Shown here in pieces: positions 24,101 through 38,635 of a DNA stretch of 64,000 nt. The stretch lies in the NCBI GenBank assembly GCA_016748015.1, contig JAAOMT010000521.1, forward strand, positions 280,907 to 344,906, read 5' to 3'. Source of the DNA: Geosiphon pyriformis uo1. Taxonomy: Eukaryota > Fungi > Glomeromycota. Within the stretch, counting starts at the first letter, position 1. Every line of letters starts with the position of its first letter. Below the pieces are notes generated by a model that was given only the letters and a program-made list of their open reading frames with translations, did not search any database and was not told the origin of the DNA. Both the position numbers and the translations under genes were made by a program.

Positions 24101-27100
24101 TACTTCAGAAGACACCTCATTCAACAATTGGGAACCCAAATCAAACAAATCATTTATCAATAACATACCTCCAGCCACAGTAACTAACAATAAATTGCTA
24201 ACAGCAATTTTCCCATTTGAATTAGAGAAACCATCACAAACACTATTGTTCAATGAAGCTGTGCTTAAAGAAAAATCCATTACTGCCATGTACACTAATG
24301 CTAAAATTGATGGCCATTCCATCAAACTGATCCTAGATAGTGAATTAGCTGACAGCATCATTATAAGACAACTCATAGACCAATTAGGTTACCAAGTTGA
24401 TTGAACTGTTAGCACAAAAATAATTACAGCTGATGGAGTGACAAAAACTCCAATCAGCAAAATTAATGACTGCTCCATTGAAGTCAATGGTATTATTGTA
24501 CCAATCAAGATACTAGTTATAGAAGCCACCCAATACTAAGCATTTGTTGGTAATGACTGGCTGTTTAAAACCAATGCAGTACTCAATTGAACCATCCAAA
24601 AACTCTAGTTAAGCCAGAATGGCCAACATATAAGAGTACCAGCTATCTGTGGCCACTTTAAACCAACCAATACATGACCACTAATTGAGCTGAAAAAAGA
24701 GGAAACTAAATTCACTTGGGAAGCTTATTAAGTTTTTTGGGCTGATAATAATCACAACAAGCTGCTGCTAGTATCTTTGTAGAATGACTAAAGAAAGGGA
24801 AAAAGAAGAGAAGAACTTATCTGGAACACTAACCAATTATCATGGGCTGACAATAGTCAAAGCAAGTTATCACCAATTTGGATCTAAAAAGAGAAGGAAA
24901 AAGGAAAAGAAAGGAAAAACAAAAATACACAAGACTCCAACTCTACATATATTTCTTACTCAGCACCATAACCACAAACCAGTTACCATTGATCCAAGCT
25001 AATATGCATTAATTGTGACAAGAAATTGTTATCAATGAGTGCATACTGTGGCAATAATGAGGAATACTCTACAGCTACCAAGTTCTATTGTCATCCATGT
25101 GTCCTAGAATGTTTTGGATGACCCAAACAACAAGAAAAATGGAACAACAAACCATGTTTGGCTTGTGGTAAAATGCTGTTAAATAAGAGAATGTAGAACA
25201 ACATTTCTGGATGAAAAAGAACATGTGACAAATCATGTTAATACATAATTCTAATAAGTAACTGGATTAAGAAAGAAATACCAATAGAAGCTGCCTGAAA
25301 AAGAGCAGTAAAATGTTTGAATGGTTGTTTATATGACAACAATAAAATATGGTGAATGGCACTTGCCAAAATTGAAGGCATATCACCAGAGAAAATCAGA
25401 ATAATAAAAAATAACTCTCCAGAATTCATAGAACTTGACTAAAACCCAGAACTAGTCATAAATCTCCTGGATTCAGAACAATTCTATAAACATTACCAAA
25501 AATTAGCACTCACAAAAGAAGAGCAAGAGCAATGCTTAAAACAGCTGAACACTTGACTGTGTTAATACTGCCTAATTCCATGTGACTTTCGATATTGTAA
25601 TGAGTGTAATCTTATTTACAATCTACCACCACATATTATCTACACAATTCTGAAAGAGGAAGAACCAATCAGCAGCTGTGCATCAAAATTGGAATCAATT
25701 TTCAATCCTGATTCAAACTCCAACAATGACAATGACAAAAACAACAGTACCAGTTCCATTCAAAAGGGCAATGAAAATAACAATAATTTAGACTCTGATT
25801 CAAACCCTAAAACATATATAGTACTTCCTAATCTCTTTAAGGAGCAAGAACTCAGATAGTTTAGTAACAACAATGAAGGTATCATGCCAGAATAAGCACA
25901 TAATACTAATGCTAGATTTAATCTAAGATATTCAGAAAAGAATGCTATCAGATTAGAACTACATTTGTGCATATGCATTGATCTTAAAATAGCACTGGAA
26001 ATTCCAGCAACAACAATAGTTCAACTAGCATTTAGGAGTAGCTTAGCAAAAAAAGAAATCAATATTAGAGGAGGAATAATTGACACAGGATATATGTAGG
26101 AAATATTATTGCAATACTACAAATAACTCAAAAAAAGCCTATATTATAGAGCCAAATAAAAAGATAGCACAGGCAATATTCCTGCCTTTGGTTAAAATAG
26201 CTCAATTAGTATCAATGGAAAACAGAGAAAAATTAGGAATTACAGCTAAAGAGATACAGGGTTTTGGATTCATAAGTAGAATAGATGTACCAGTTAATAT
26301 GGCAGAGGAAAAAATTGTTGACAAAAAAGAAATTATCTCTACCTGTCAATCAATCTCTATTACACCATATGACCAGTACATGGTAACCATAGAAAAAAAG
26401 TAAAAGATCAGATACAGATTTTTGAGGCAGAAGCAACACTTTGTGAATCAGAAAAAATTGAATTAGTCAATCTACACATACTGGCTAAGAATCATAAATA
26501 CATCAAAATTTCTATTTACAACATCATGAAAGATACTATTAAGATACCAAAAGGAACTACAATTGGATATTTGACCACCAAAGTTAAAAATCAACTGCCA
26601 AACACCATTCCAGACTTTCCACAACTGTGTAGATATGTAGATATTACATCTTAAACAATATATGAATAAGAAGAATGTTATTTGCTCTAACCAAAACAAT
26701 TAAAACAGATAAACTTAGGAAATCTAGATCCACTACAATATATACAGCTCAAGATGTTATTCAACAACTTCAACAACATTTTTGCCAGTGAAAACAAATT
26801 TGGCAGAACTGACATCATTCAACATCAAATAAAAACTGGAAATACAATGCCAATTAAGCAAAGAGCATACAGAGTATTATCAACCAGCCATGAGATCATT
26901 TATCAAGAAATCAATTAGATGCTTAACAACAGACTAATTCAGCTATTAATGAGTCCATAGTCATTACCAGTAGTACTAATCCATAAGAAAAATGGAAAAA
27001 TCTGCTTTTGTGTAAATTACTGGAAACTAAATGGAATAATCAAAGGAGATAGCTACCTAATCCCAAAAATCCAAGAGCTGTTCAATGCTTTTAGAAAGAA

Positions 27101-28110
27101 GAAATGGTTTTCAACTTTAGACTTAGACAGTGGTTACTAACAAGTAGTCATAAAACCAGAAGACAAGAAGAAAACAGCTTTTACAACTTGAGAAAAAAAT
27201 TTCAAATTTGAAGTAATGCTATTTGGCTTGATGAATGCTCCAGCCACATTTCAATAATTTATGGAAATTGTCTATACAGGACTGCTATGGAAATCAGTAG
27301 TTGTATATTTGGATAACACTAATGTGTTCTCAAAGACATTTGATGATCATTTGTATTATCTCCAACAAGTATTTGAAAAACTCAAACAAGTAAGATTAAA
27401 ATTAAATGCAAACAAATGCTTCTTCAGAAAAATAAAGCTAAAATTCTTGGGACATGTTATGAACAAAGATGGAATCAAGACAGATCCAGACAAAATTGAG
27501 ATAGTTAAAAACTTTCTAATACCTACCAACTTGATAGAATTAAGAGCATTCTTGGGATTTGCCAGATACTACCACCACTTCATCAAAGACTTTTCCAAAA
27601 TAGCTCAACCACTACATCAACTCCAAACAAAGAATACCAAATATAAATGGACTGAAAACTAACAAAAAAGGCTTTAACACACTGAAAAGAAAGCTTATTC
27701 AAGCCCTAATATTAATCTATTCAGATTACAGCAAACCATTCATTATTACTACTAATGCATCTGAACAAGTTTTGGGAATAGTACTATCTCAAAAAAGACC
27801 AGATGGACGAGAACACTCAGTAGCTTATGCCAGCAGAAGCTTAAGTCCAACTGAAAAGAACTATGGAACTTCAGCACTGAAACACTTGGCTATCTATTGG
27901 GCTGTTACCAAATAGAAAAAATACTTGAGTCAAAAGTTTGATGTATATATTGATCACAAAAGATTAACTTTAATTTAGAAGCAAAAATTTGGAGATGATT
28001 GTCATGCCAGATGGAAAATAGAACTTTCACTATTTAATTATATAGTACATTATAAAAAAAGAAAAAAAAATAGAAATGCTAATAGTTTGTCACAAATAAA
28101 ATAAATCTAA
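21150..28110 (+). pseudogene. E4 Gag-PR-Cys cluster-dUTPase-RT-RNase H
   Basis: Knuckle CHNCGKQGHLRIDC near 23614; ILDS(G)SA near 24330; dUTPase ~25860-26280; VVYLD(D)TNVF. Confidence 0.9.
22686..23510 (-). repeat. Young family D LTR spanning N gap 22970-23057
   Basis: TGTTACCGG...GGTAACA; exact TSD CCAC; CpGs retained. Confidence 0.9.
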
Positions 28111-28141
28111 AAACATTTCAACCCAAAAATATAACAAAAAG

Positions 28142-29527
28142 ATGAATATACAAAAATATTAACAATTTCAACATTATATAAATATCCAGTTGTTCAAGGA
28201 GAAATTATATCAAAAAAAACAAAACAACATAAAGCAACAATCAAAATATTTTATCAACCATCAAAACATACTTTACCAGAAAAACAAATGAAATCCAAAT
28301 TAACCAACCAGAGGAAGAGACAATATTATTTAACATGCACTCAAATTCAACAGCAGGACATTTTCACAAAGAAGCAATCATAGAAAAAATCAGAAAAAGA
28401 TACTATTGGCCATCAATGTATCCAGATATTACCCAATATGTGCAAAATTGTGATGCTTATTAAAGCAAAGGAGGAACAAAATCCAATGAACCATTGAAAC
28501 CAATCAAAGTGAAACAACTATTTAATTATATTGGAATTGACTTAGTCAGACCATTAACAATCACCAGCAGAGGCAACAGATATATTGCAGTAGCCATGAA
28601 TTATCTCACTAAATGGCCAGAAGCAAAAGCCATTCAAAAAGCAGATGCAAAATCTGTTGCCAAATTTGTTTATCAAGATTTGATTTGTTGACACAAATGT
28701 CCAAAAGAACTACTATCAGATCAAAGAACTCACTTTGTAAATAGAATATTGGTGGAATTAAGTCAAAGATTTGAGATAAAAAGACCATTATCATTATCAT
28801 ACCATCCACAAACAAATGGGTTAATTGAAAGGTTCAACAGAATACTGTGCAAAACAATAGCTAAGATCAGCCAAAAAAACCAGAATAAATGAAATTTGTT
28901 CATACCATCAGTATTATTTGCTTACAGGACAATAAAGCAAGACACTATACAAACAACACCATTTGAATTAGTATATGGTAGAACAGCAATATTACTAGTT
29001 GAGATAGAAGTCAGAACATATTCAACAGAACCAATAACAAAAGAAAATTTTCAAAGAATATTGCTGAAAAGAACATATGGCTTAATAGAAACACTAAAAA
29101 ACAAATAGCAAAAAGCAGTTGACAATATCTAAAAGTTACAAAAAAAACCAAAAAAAAAACATGATAACCAACTACCAGATAAACCAGTTGAATTTAAAAT
29201 TGGAGACAAAGTATTCTTACATCGTACCAAAGTAGAAAAACAATGGAGTGAAAAATTTGACTCCAAATAGGATGGACCATTTCATATAGAAAAAATTCTA
29301 GAAAATAGAGCTTATAAATTAAAGTTGAACAACAAAATCTTAACCAAAACAGCACATAGAAATTAACTGAAACTATATCAAACCATAGTATCACTATTCA
29401 CCAATAATATTCTACAATTAGGAGTACAGAGAATACTTGTCCAACCAGATGAGATTCCACAAGATCTAGAACCAATCATAATTATTGAACCAAACACATT
29501 AAAACTAAACAACCAAAAAAGTATATA
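28142..29527 (+). pseudogene. E4 integrase
   Basis: ATG 28142; GIDLVRPL; SDQ; HPQTNGLIERFNR. Confidence 0.9.
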
Positions 29528-29563
29528 AAGACACAGTATATGCGACAAAAACAACAAAAAAAA

Positions 29564-30199
29564 ATGAAAATACCAGCCCATATTTACACTTTAGCTCAAC
29601 AATTGTTTTAGGTTTTAAGTTAACAGCAAGTAAATATAGAAATTATTATCAACAACCAAACAATCTGTTATTAAAACACCAAACAAAAAGAAAAAAGTAC
29701 ACCATATTAATGACCACAAAAACAATCAATAAACTAGTCAAATAAAATAGTAGAGAAAGTAAAGAACACTTTTGGAAAGATAATGATCATAGTTCCAACA
29801 AAAAAACTAACTAGAAAAAATTGGAACCAATAAATAGACCAATTTCCAATACCATATTACTACTATTAATTGAGACAAAAAGTAGATATTAAGAAGTTAT
29901 ATCTTAACAAATCCAAGAAAATCTTCAATCAAGAGATAATCTGGAACATTGAAGACATTATTGAAAAAAAAAAAAACTTGACACTACATATTAAGACTAT
30001 TTATTAACTACACACAATATTTTAAAACTACTCAGAAGTATTGTTACATTCTAACATAGAAACAATAATCATCAACCAATGGAGAAGAATAAACAACTCA
30101 CAAATTGAAAAAATAAAGAGTAGAGTAAAACAGATGCTACTTGAAAAAAAAGTATTTGACATAATTCAAAATGAGAATTTTAATGGAGCTCAATATTAA
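29564..30199 (+). pseudogene. E4 ORF3
   Basis: M(E)IPAHIYTLAQQLF...F(D)GAQY*; homologous to 4327-4956. Confidence 0.7.
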
Positions 30200-31036
30200 A
30201 AAGAGGAGATAATGTTACTCATAAAAAAAAACAGATATAGAAAATAGTAAACCAATAGGAGAGTAGTAGTTAGCACATAAGCACATTGTTCAGCAATATA
30301 GAACAATGTCAAAAATCATGGCACATTGTTCAACAATGTAGAGCAATGTCAAAAAATCACAGCACATTGCTCAACAATATGAAGTGATGTTAGAAAATTA
30401 GGGCATATTGTTCAGCAATGTAAGCATTGCTCAAAAAATCATAGCACATCACTCAAGAATGTGAGCAATCTCATAAAACATTAATTATGTATATATAGTG
30501 GTAGCATATTACAAATATTAATAAATAATTATTCACTATCTCCAATCTACTCTCCACTATCAACACTCCATGTTGATAGTAATTGATACTTAACCACACT
30601 AGAACAATAGCTCTTGATCACAGCTATTGACAGAATACTAATGTGCAAATTACTTTGGCTTATTTTCTTATTTTCTTTTTTTGCTTTATTTTCTTTGTTG
30701 TTTTGTTAACTTGATTAAAAAAATTACATGTGGAGATACTAATGTCAAAATATAGCACTGGTAAAAGACTCAAAAATAAAAATAGACACTCGGAATTGAG
30801 GATATCTTACCAAGAAGATTACCAGCCATTATATTGAGAAAAAAATTGATGAAACTGCAGTTTTAGAAGCTACAGATAAAACTATCAATTGAATCTCTGT
30901 CTATTATACAAAAGACTCAAACAAAACCTTCAAAAAACACACCTTCAGAAAGTACCAACATCAATACATTAATTGAGCACCAAGTTATGAATTTGTTATT
31001 TAATTTGAGACCCCAAATAATCACCTGTAACAACAT

Positions 31037-34000
31037 GTAAAAAACTATGAAATGGCAATGGAAGAAGCAAACCATACCAAACTTGTAAATCTTGCTATTG
31101 GAAAAACTAGCTCAACAGTTGAAAAGAAAATTGACCAACTTACAAAAAAGGTTGAAAATTATTTTACCAACCAACAACAACAGCAATAAACACAAAGATA
31201 TCAGCCATCACAACAACAAAACCAAACCAACTACCCATTATTATCAAACAGTTAAAACCAAAGTTGTCATTACTGTGAGATTCCAGAACATTGGAAACAA
31301 GATTGCAGAAAGCTACAAAAAGACCAACAAAACAAGAGTAATCAATGTTACTTTTCAATACAGCAATTTTTTTATCAGTCTTTACCACCAGTTTACTATT
31401 TTTCAAGATCCTAACAGCAGACCAATTACTATTTACTTGCTCCATAGCAACAACAATCTTTTCCAATTCAACAGTATCTACAACCACTTACATAATAATA
31501 TCAAGTACTAGTCTGAAAATTGGTTTAACATAACCAATTTACATCCCAAAATCAATTCCAGAATAATAACAACAGAATCAATTCAAACAACCATTTGGTT
31601 TCCCAAAATTCTGATCAGCAAAAACCCAATCATTATTATACCCAATCCAGCTATTTTACAATGCCTGAAGAATCGAATTTTCAACAAACTGTACTTTTTG
31701 AAGGTAAAGTTGCAACACCAAGATCAAACTCTTTCAACAATACTATCTCACCAACATAAATTGTTCAAAATACCAACTTCTTAGATATATTTCTATTTGA
31801 ATTTGAAGCCAATAAATCACCATTTTTGCTTAGCAATGTAGCAGTTAATAAACAAAAAGCAATTACTGTTATGTATACTGAAACTGAAGTAGAAGAAAAA
31901 CAAATCCACTTGATTCTAAACAGTAGATCTGTTAAAAGTATTATTACCTACCAACTGATGCAACAGCTTAGAAAAAATGTTGACAGACCAGCTTAAAGAG
32001 TAATTGTTACAGTTGATGGCATAAAGAAAACTCCAGTAAGAAAAATTGACAACTTCTTATTCACTATTGATAGAATTACTATTCCAGTTAAAGTTCTAGT
32101 CATAAATACATTCTAATACCAAGCTCTCATCGAAAATGACTGGCTTTTCAAGACCAATGCAAATTTACATTGGGAAATCTAAGAATTGAAGATTTCATAC
32201 CAAGGACAATATACCAGAATACCTGTCATCTATGGTACTTTTAATAAAAAATCTGAGAAAGTTCCAGTATTTGAATTTGAAGAAGAGAAAAAACTACCAG
32301 TCACTGAAACCTTTATGGTTCTTGGATCAATATCTAATTGGGCTAAAGAAACAGAACAAAAAATCTTTAAAAAAACCAGAGAATAGAATGTAGTTAAATA
32401 TTCTATACCAAAATTATGAAAACAACTACCTTACATTCTACTTAAATGCAAAAACTGCAACAAAAAACTTTCATTAATAGGAGCATGTATTTTTTTAGAA
32501 AAGGAATATGAAACTTGTACCTACTATTTTTACAAAGCATGCCATAAAAAACGATTTAGATATCTCAAAAAAAGTGGAAAATAGAACAACATTTCTTGCT
32601 TTACATGTGGAGATATACTACCAAAAGAATGCAACTGGATTGATGTTGTAATAAAAGAAGGAGTATGTGATCAAACCTGCCAATATGTCCTATTAATTTC
32701 GGAAAAAGTCAAAAAAAGAACATCTTTTAATGCAGCATACAACAGTACTTTCAACAAACTTTACCATTATTCTTATGATGCTGAAATGATTTTTGATTTA
32801 GCAATAACTTTAATCAATAGAGCCACACAGAAAGATGTCTGACAAATAAAAAAAGCTGAATACATTGAATACACAATGAAATTAGCTGAACTCAATTATA
32901 AAAATAAAGTAGAAACATATCACCAATTGCAAATTACACTTATTCAACCCAAGAAGCTCAAATTTAATGATTAGAACAAATAAACATTCAATTGTGTAAA
33001 GAATACATCATGTCTTGTGATAACAAATAGTGTTCAAAATACTATGCTCTTAACATTCTCCTGTCCAGTGAAAATAACCAGGAAGAAATTGAATTTGGAA
33101 AATCTGAAACAGAGGAAGAGATTGCAACAACACCAATCTATCTTACTAAAAACCAGTCTGCTATACAATTCAAATACTTTGACAACAATGGACAAGAAAT
33201 AAAACCAAAAAAAGCCCATGAAATTGATGCAGAATATAACCTCAGATATCCTGGCAAAGACATTTTGGTTTTTTAACCAAAGTTTTTAACCAAAATCAAC
33301 CTCAGAATTGCTTTTAAAATACCATCAAAAGCAATAGTACAAATTACTTTTCAATCATTATTGGCAAGCAAAAGAATTATTGTTAGAAGAAAAGTCATAA
33401 ATGCAAGATATACTGGAAATATTACCATTATGTTACAAAATGAAACAAACAAACCATTCAAGAATTGAATATGCTAAAAAGATTGCCCAAACAATTTACC
33501 TATTCTTAATCAACATTTCGAGTTTATAATTAGTTAACAACAGAGAACAATTGAGAAAAAATGAAAGAAAAACTCAAAGTTTTGGTTCAACTGAACAATT
33601 TACAGTTTCAGTAAACATAGCTTTCAATACATAGAATAAATCTCACCAGATTCTTCAACTTCCCCAACCAATTACCATTTTACTTTTTGAAGAATACCAC
33701 GAAATTTACACTTGCTCAAAACTCACCACTACTCAACAAATCTTTGAATCCAATGAACAAATCTGTTTTAAGCATGAAATCTCAATCCCAAACATTTATA
33801 TTCTCAAAGAAATGAAGAAATTTCGAGTTACATTCTACAACCCCAATAATTATCTTATTGTTTTATTAAATAAATTAGAGATTGGAATCATACACAGCAA
33901 CATCTTTCAAAATAAAAACTCTCAAATTGTTTCTAATTTCATCGAAATTGTAAGACATATTTTACTTCCAAATTCAAACATCATCTCTATTACTGAAAAC

Positions 34001-35440
34001 TACTACCTTGTGGAAGAAAAACTCACTCAAATTAACATGGGTTCCTTAGAACCTCAACAACAAAAACAATTAAAACAGTTAATAACTGAATTTGCAGATA
34101 TATTTGCAAAAAACAACAAAGATCTAAGAAAAACTGATATTGTTCAACATCAAATTCATACAGAAGATGCTTTACCAAAACAACAATAAGCCTATTAAAT
34201 TCCACTGGCTAGCCACCAATTCATCAGAGAAAAGATCCAAAGAATGCTCAATAACAGATTAATTCAATCATCAAAAAGTCTATGGATTTTACCAGTAGTT
34301 TTGGTTAAAAAAAAAATAGAAAAATCAGATTTTGTGTTAACTATTACCAATTGAACAGTGTGATAATTGAAGATGTCTATCCTCTTTCAAGAATTAATGA
34401 CATGCTAGATGTTCTAAGAAAAGCCAAGTTCTTTTCAACTTTAGACTTGGAAAATGGATACTGGCAAGTCGAAATGGACCCAAAGAATAGATCCAAAACA
34501 GCATTTACTACCTAAGAAAAAAACTATGAATTCAATGTTATGCCTTTTGAACTCTATAATATACCAGCAACATTCCAATGACTCATGAATATTGTATATA
34601 AAGAACTTTTATGGCAATCAATAGTTATCTATCTTAATAACACTAATATGTACTTACCAAGCTTTGAAGCCCATTTTATCTATCTGCAAGAAGTTTTTTA
34701 ATGATTATAGAAAGCAGAATTGAAGTTGAACATTGAGAAATATTACTTTAGAAAAACAAATTTAATCTTTTTAAACATATTATTAGCAAAAATAGAGTCA
34801 AACCAAATCCTGAAACAATTAGTGCTGTCAAAAACTTTTAAACTCCCAAAAATATTACAGAATTATGAGAATTTATAGAATTAGCCTCCTACTATTTAAA
34901 ATTTATAAAAAGATTCTTAAAGATTGCTAAACCACTCAATTACCTTATCAACAAAAATGTACCATATAGATAGACTGAAAAATAGCAGAAAGTCTTTAAA
35001 ACTCTTAAAACAAAATTGACAACAGTTCTAGTTCTTGCTTATTCAGACTTCAACAAACAATTTCAACTAGTTACTGATGCTTTACACATAATATTTGGTG
35101 CCATCCTATTACAATTAGATGAAAATAACCAGGAGCAAGTTATTGCCTATGCTAATAGAACACTTAAACCAACAAAATTCAAGTATGGCTCAATTAAACA
35201 AGAAACTGCCATAGTCATTTGGGCTTTTAAATACTTTCAACAATACTTGAAGAATGAAAAAGAATTTGACATCATAACTAACAATATTGGCCTCAAATGG
35301 CTCAATAAAAAAAAACTGAACAAAATGCCAAACAGTCTCAATAGAATGACTTCCTAACAGACTACAAATATATTGTACACTATAAACCAAAAAAACTATA
35401 CACCAATGTTGACAGCCTCTTAAGAATAAGACAAGATTAA
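31037..35440 (+). pseudogene. Element D Gag C-terminus-PR-Cys cluster-dUTPase-RT-RNase H
   Basis: CHYC(G)IP(G)HWKQDC near 31265; IL(D)S(G)S near 31912; decayed dUTPase ~33170-33595; LVTDA; NVDSL. Confidence 0.88.
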
Positions 35441-35498
35441 CACTAACAACAATTTCACAACAATTTACCAACCTATTAACAAAACTAACCAAACAACA

Positions 35499-36856
35499 AT
35501 AAATTTTAGAAATTACAACAACATCAAAAACTATTTGGAGACTTTTACTATACCAGAAAATTGGTCTCCAAGTGAAAAACATTGATTACAACACCAATCA
35601 AAACAATATTTTATACACCACAACAAAATCTATTTTAAAAATTGCAGAAACCCAAATCAATTACTCAGATTAATACAAAAAAATGAAAAAAAACAATTCT
35701 ATATAATATGCACACAGATCCTTTTTCAGCACACTTGGGAAGAGATAAAACAATTCAAAAAACTCTTGAATATTATTTTTGGTCTCACATGCAAAAAGAC
35801 ATTTAATAATATGTAGAATCTTGTGATAGTTGTCAAAAAAGAAGAGGAACTTGTTCTACAGAATTTTTAAATCCAATCAAAGTTGGACAACCTTTTAACA
35901 GAGTTGGAATTGATTTAGTTGGACCATTACCTATCACAATCCAAGGAAATCATTTTATTGCAATTGCAGTAGATTATCTTACTAAATGGCCTAAAACTAG
36001 AGCCATTCAAAGAGCAGATGAAAAATCAGTAGCAAATTTCATCTATAAAGACATTATTTGTAGACATAAATGCCCAATTAAACTTTTATCTAATCAAGGA
36101 ACACATTTTGTGAACAACTTGATACAAAAAATTTGTGAACAATTCAATGTCAAAAAATTTCTATTATCACCTTATTACTCTCAAATGAACTTATAGAATG
36201 TTTCAATAAAACATTGTGTAAATTTTTAACCAAAGTCTCAACAGATTTTGAGCAGAAATGGGATATTTTTATTCCATCAGTATTACTAGCATACAGAATA
36301 CTAAAACAAGATACTATGAAACACATATTATTTGATCTTATTTATAAAAAGACAGCAACATTACCAATTAATTTCACAGTGGAAACATACTTAGTGCAAC
36401 CAATCAATGAAGAAAACTTTCAAGAAACACTCCAAAAAAGAGCCTATACTCTCCTTAGTACATTAGAAGAAAAAAGACACATAGCAGCCACTTATATTGA
36501 ACACTTCCAAGCTCTACAAAAAAAAAACATGACAACAAATTCCCACCAGTTACCAACAAATTTAAAGTTGGAAATAAAGTTCTTTTACACAGAACTAAGG
36601 TTGAAAAACAATAGAGTGAAAAATTTGAACATAAATAGGATAGACCATTTTATATCTACAAAATTCTAGGCAATGGATTATATAAGTTAAGACTTGATGA
36701 CAAATACTAGCAAAAATTGCACATGGAGATCGACTGAAACACTATCAGTTCAGAAACAATCTTAAACCATTAATTTCACAAATTGGTATACATTCTCCTT
36801 TAATTAATCCTAAAGATATTCCTCGAAATTTAGAACCAATAATTATAATAGAATAA
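35499..36856 (+). pseudogene. Element D integrase
   Basis: HLGRDKT..CDSC; GIDLVGPLP; AHGDRLKHY; LEPIIIIE*. Confidence 0.88.
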
Positions 36857-37043
36857 CAATCAAACTTAAATACTTAATTTAACATTTTCACAATAACTCT
36901 TTAAAATACATAAAACATAAAACAAAAATAGTAAATAATTACAAGAAACATTTAAACCCAACAACAAATAAAAACTCTATACCCAAAAATAATTTTTTTT
37001 ATTTTTTTTCAAAATTTTGTTTATTAATTAGTCATTTTTTATC

Positions 37044-38635
37044 ATGATTATTCTCTAATATATTCAACAAATATTCCAAAAATTAATGTTAATCTTGAAA
37101 ATACTTCTTAACTTATCCATAATGATTAATAAAAATCAAATTAATTATATTCAGAAAGAAACCACAGTTCCAGTAGTAAATAATTCTCAGAATTATTACT
37201 CTTATAAAAAAAGACAAGAAGTTACTCTAAAAATCAATTACCAGAACTTTTGAAACAAGCACTAAAAGAAAATCTTTTATTTGCCCCTATTGACATTCTA
37301 CCAAATACCACAATTCAACAAAAACTTCTACTATTCTTTAATAAACAGAACAATAAACATACCCTTATACATAGTGTTACTGATAGAAATATAGTAAATA
37401 TATTAGCATAATTAGTAGCCAATCAGAAGTAGGCGTAGTAAATAGGGAATTCCAGAATTTCTCTCAGGAATTGCAGGATTCCAGGAATTTCAGAATTCCC
37501 TGACAAGGAATCGCAGAATTTCAAAATTCTAAGATTTCTCTCAAAAGAATTGCAGGATTCCAGGAATTCCAGGATTCCTGTCGTAAAGAATTGAGGAATT
37601 GAGAAATCTTAATTATATATATATAGTAGTAGGATTAGAAGCTAAAAAGGAGGACTTCTCAGTTTAAATTTAATCTAAGCAACATTCCAGTTTCCAATCA
37701 TCAAATAAATAATTATTCCATATCTCAACCCACTTTCTACTATCAACACTTTATGTTGATAGTAATTGATACTTAACCACGCTGGAACAATAGCTCTTGA
37801 TCACAGCTATTGACGAGATATTAATGTACCCAATTGCCTTGGCTTATTTTCTCTATTTTCTTTATTTTTATTTTTTTTATTTTATTTTCTTTCTTTTTTG
37901 ATTTTGTTGTTGTATACTAATTAATTAAAAAATTAAGCACTGAGTTATTGACGTCAAGGATAGCCTGGTAAAAAACCCAGAAATAAGGGTAGAATTTTAT
38001 ATATTATCGAATAGCTTACCAGAAGAGCACGACTGCCAGACTAAATCCAGCTACCACACTGAGAAAGAAATTGGGAAAACTCTTAGAAAGATACATTTAC
38101 TATCAACACTATTGAATTTTTGTCTATTATACAAAGGACTCCATCAAAAACCTTCAGATACAACATTTGTAGAACCTCATCCATGGAAGTAGCTTTTAAG
38201 CACCAAGTTATGGGTTTGTTATTTAATTCAACAGCAAAAATAATCACCTGTAACAATAGATATTTTCATATTTGAAAAACACTTTATGAACAAAAATTGG
38301 AACTTGAAGCAACCAACATCACTTCTAAAGCTATACAAAAACAAATTCACAATAAATTCAAGACAATAGCTGGACCAACAAATACTTGCTACAAACTTAG
38401 AGCAGCTTTTAGACTCTATGATTTATTTAATACTTGTGAAAATGTCTTACAAAATCTAATACTTCATTCAATAAAAATTCAATACATTAGAAAGCTTACA
38501 GAACTGAAATTTCAACAATTTTCAGACCAAATCACCTCAATTATTTTGGACCACTATCTTAATATCACAGATAGTGCTTGGATTTCGACAGAGCTCAGCT
38601 TTGAGGAGAAGATTATGTTATTAGTAAAATTTTAG
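37044..38635 (+). pseudogene. Element D ORF3, interrupted by a solo LTR
   Basis: ATG 37044; reads LIH|RYFHI(G)KTLYEQK across the TSD into ORF 38297-38635. Confidence 0.65.
37375..38255 (+). repeat. Solo LTR, E1 type
   Basis: TGTTAC...GTAACA with exact TSD ATAG. Confidence 0.95.

Larger units (their letters stand above)
20241..31032 (+). mobile_element. Full-length Gypsy E4 (family B: A-like coding region, different U3) nested in D gag
   Basis: LTRs 20241-21115 and 30213-31032; exact TSD ACAT; PBS at 21118; PPT AAAAAGAGGAGA. Confidence 0.95.
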
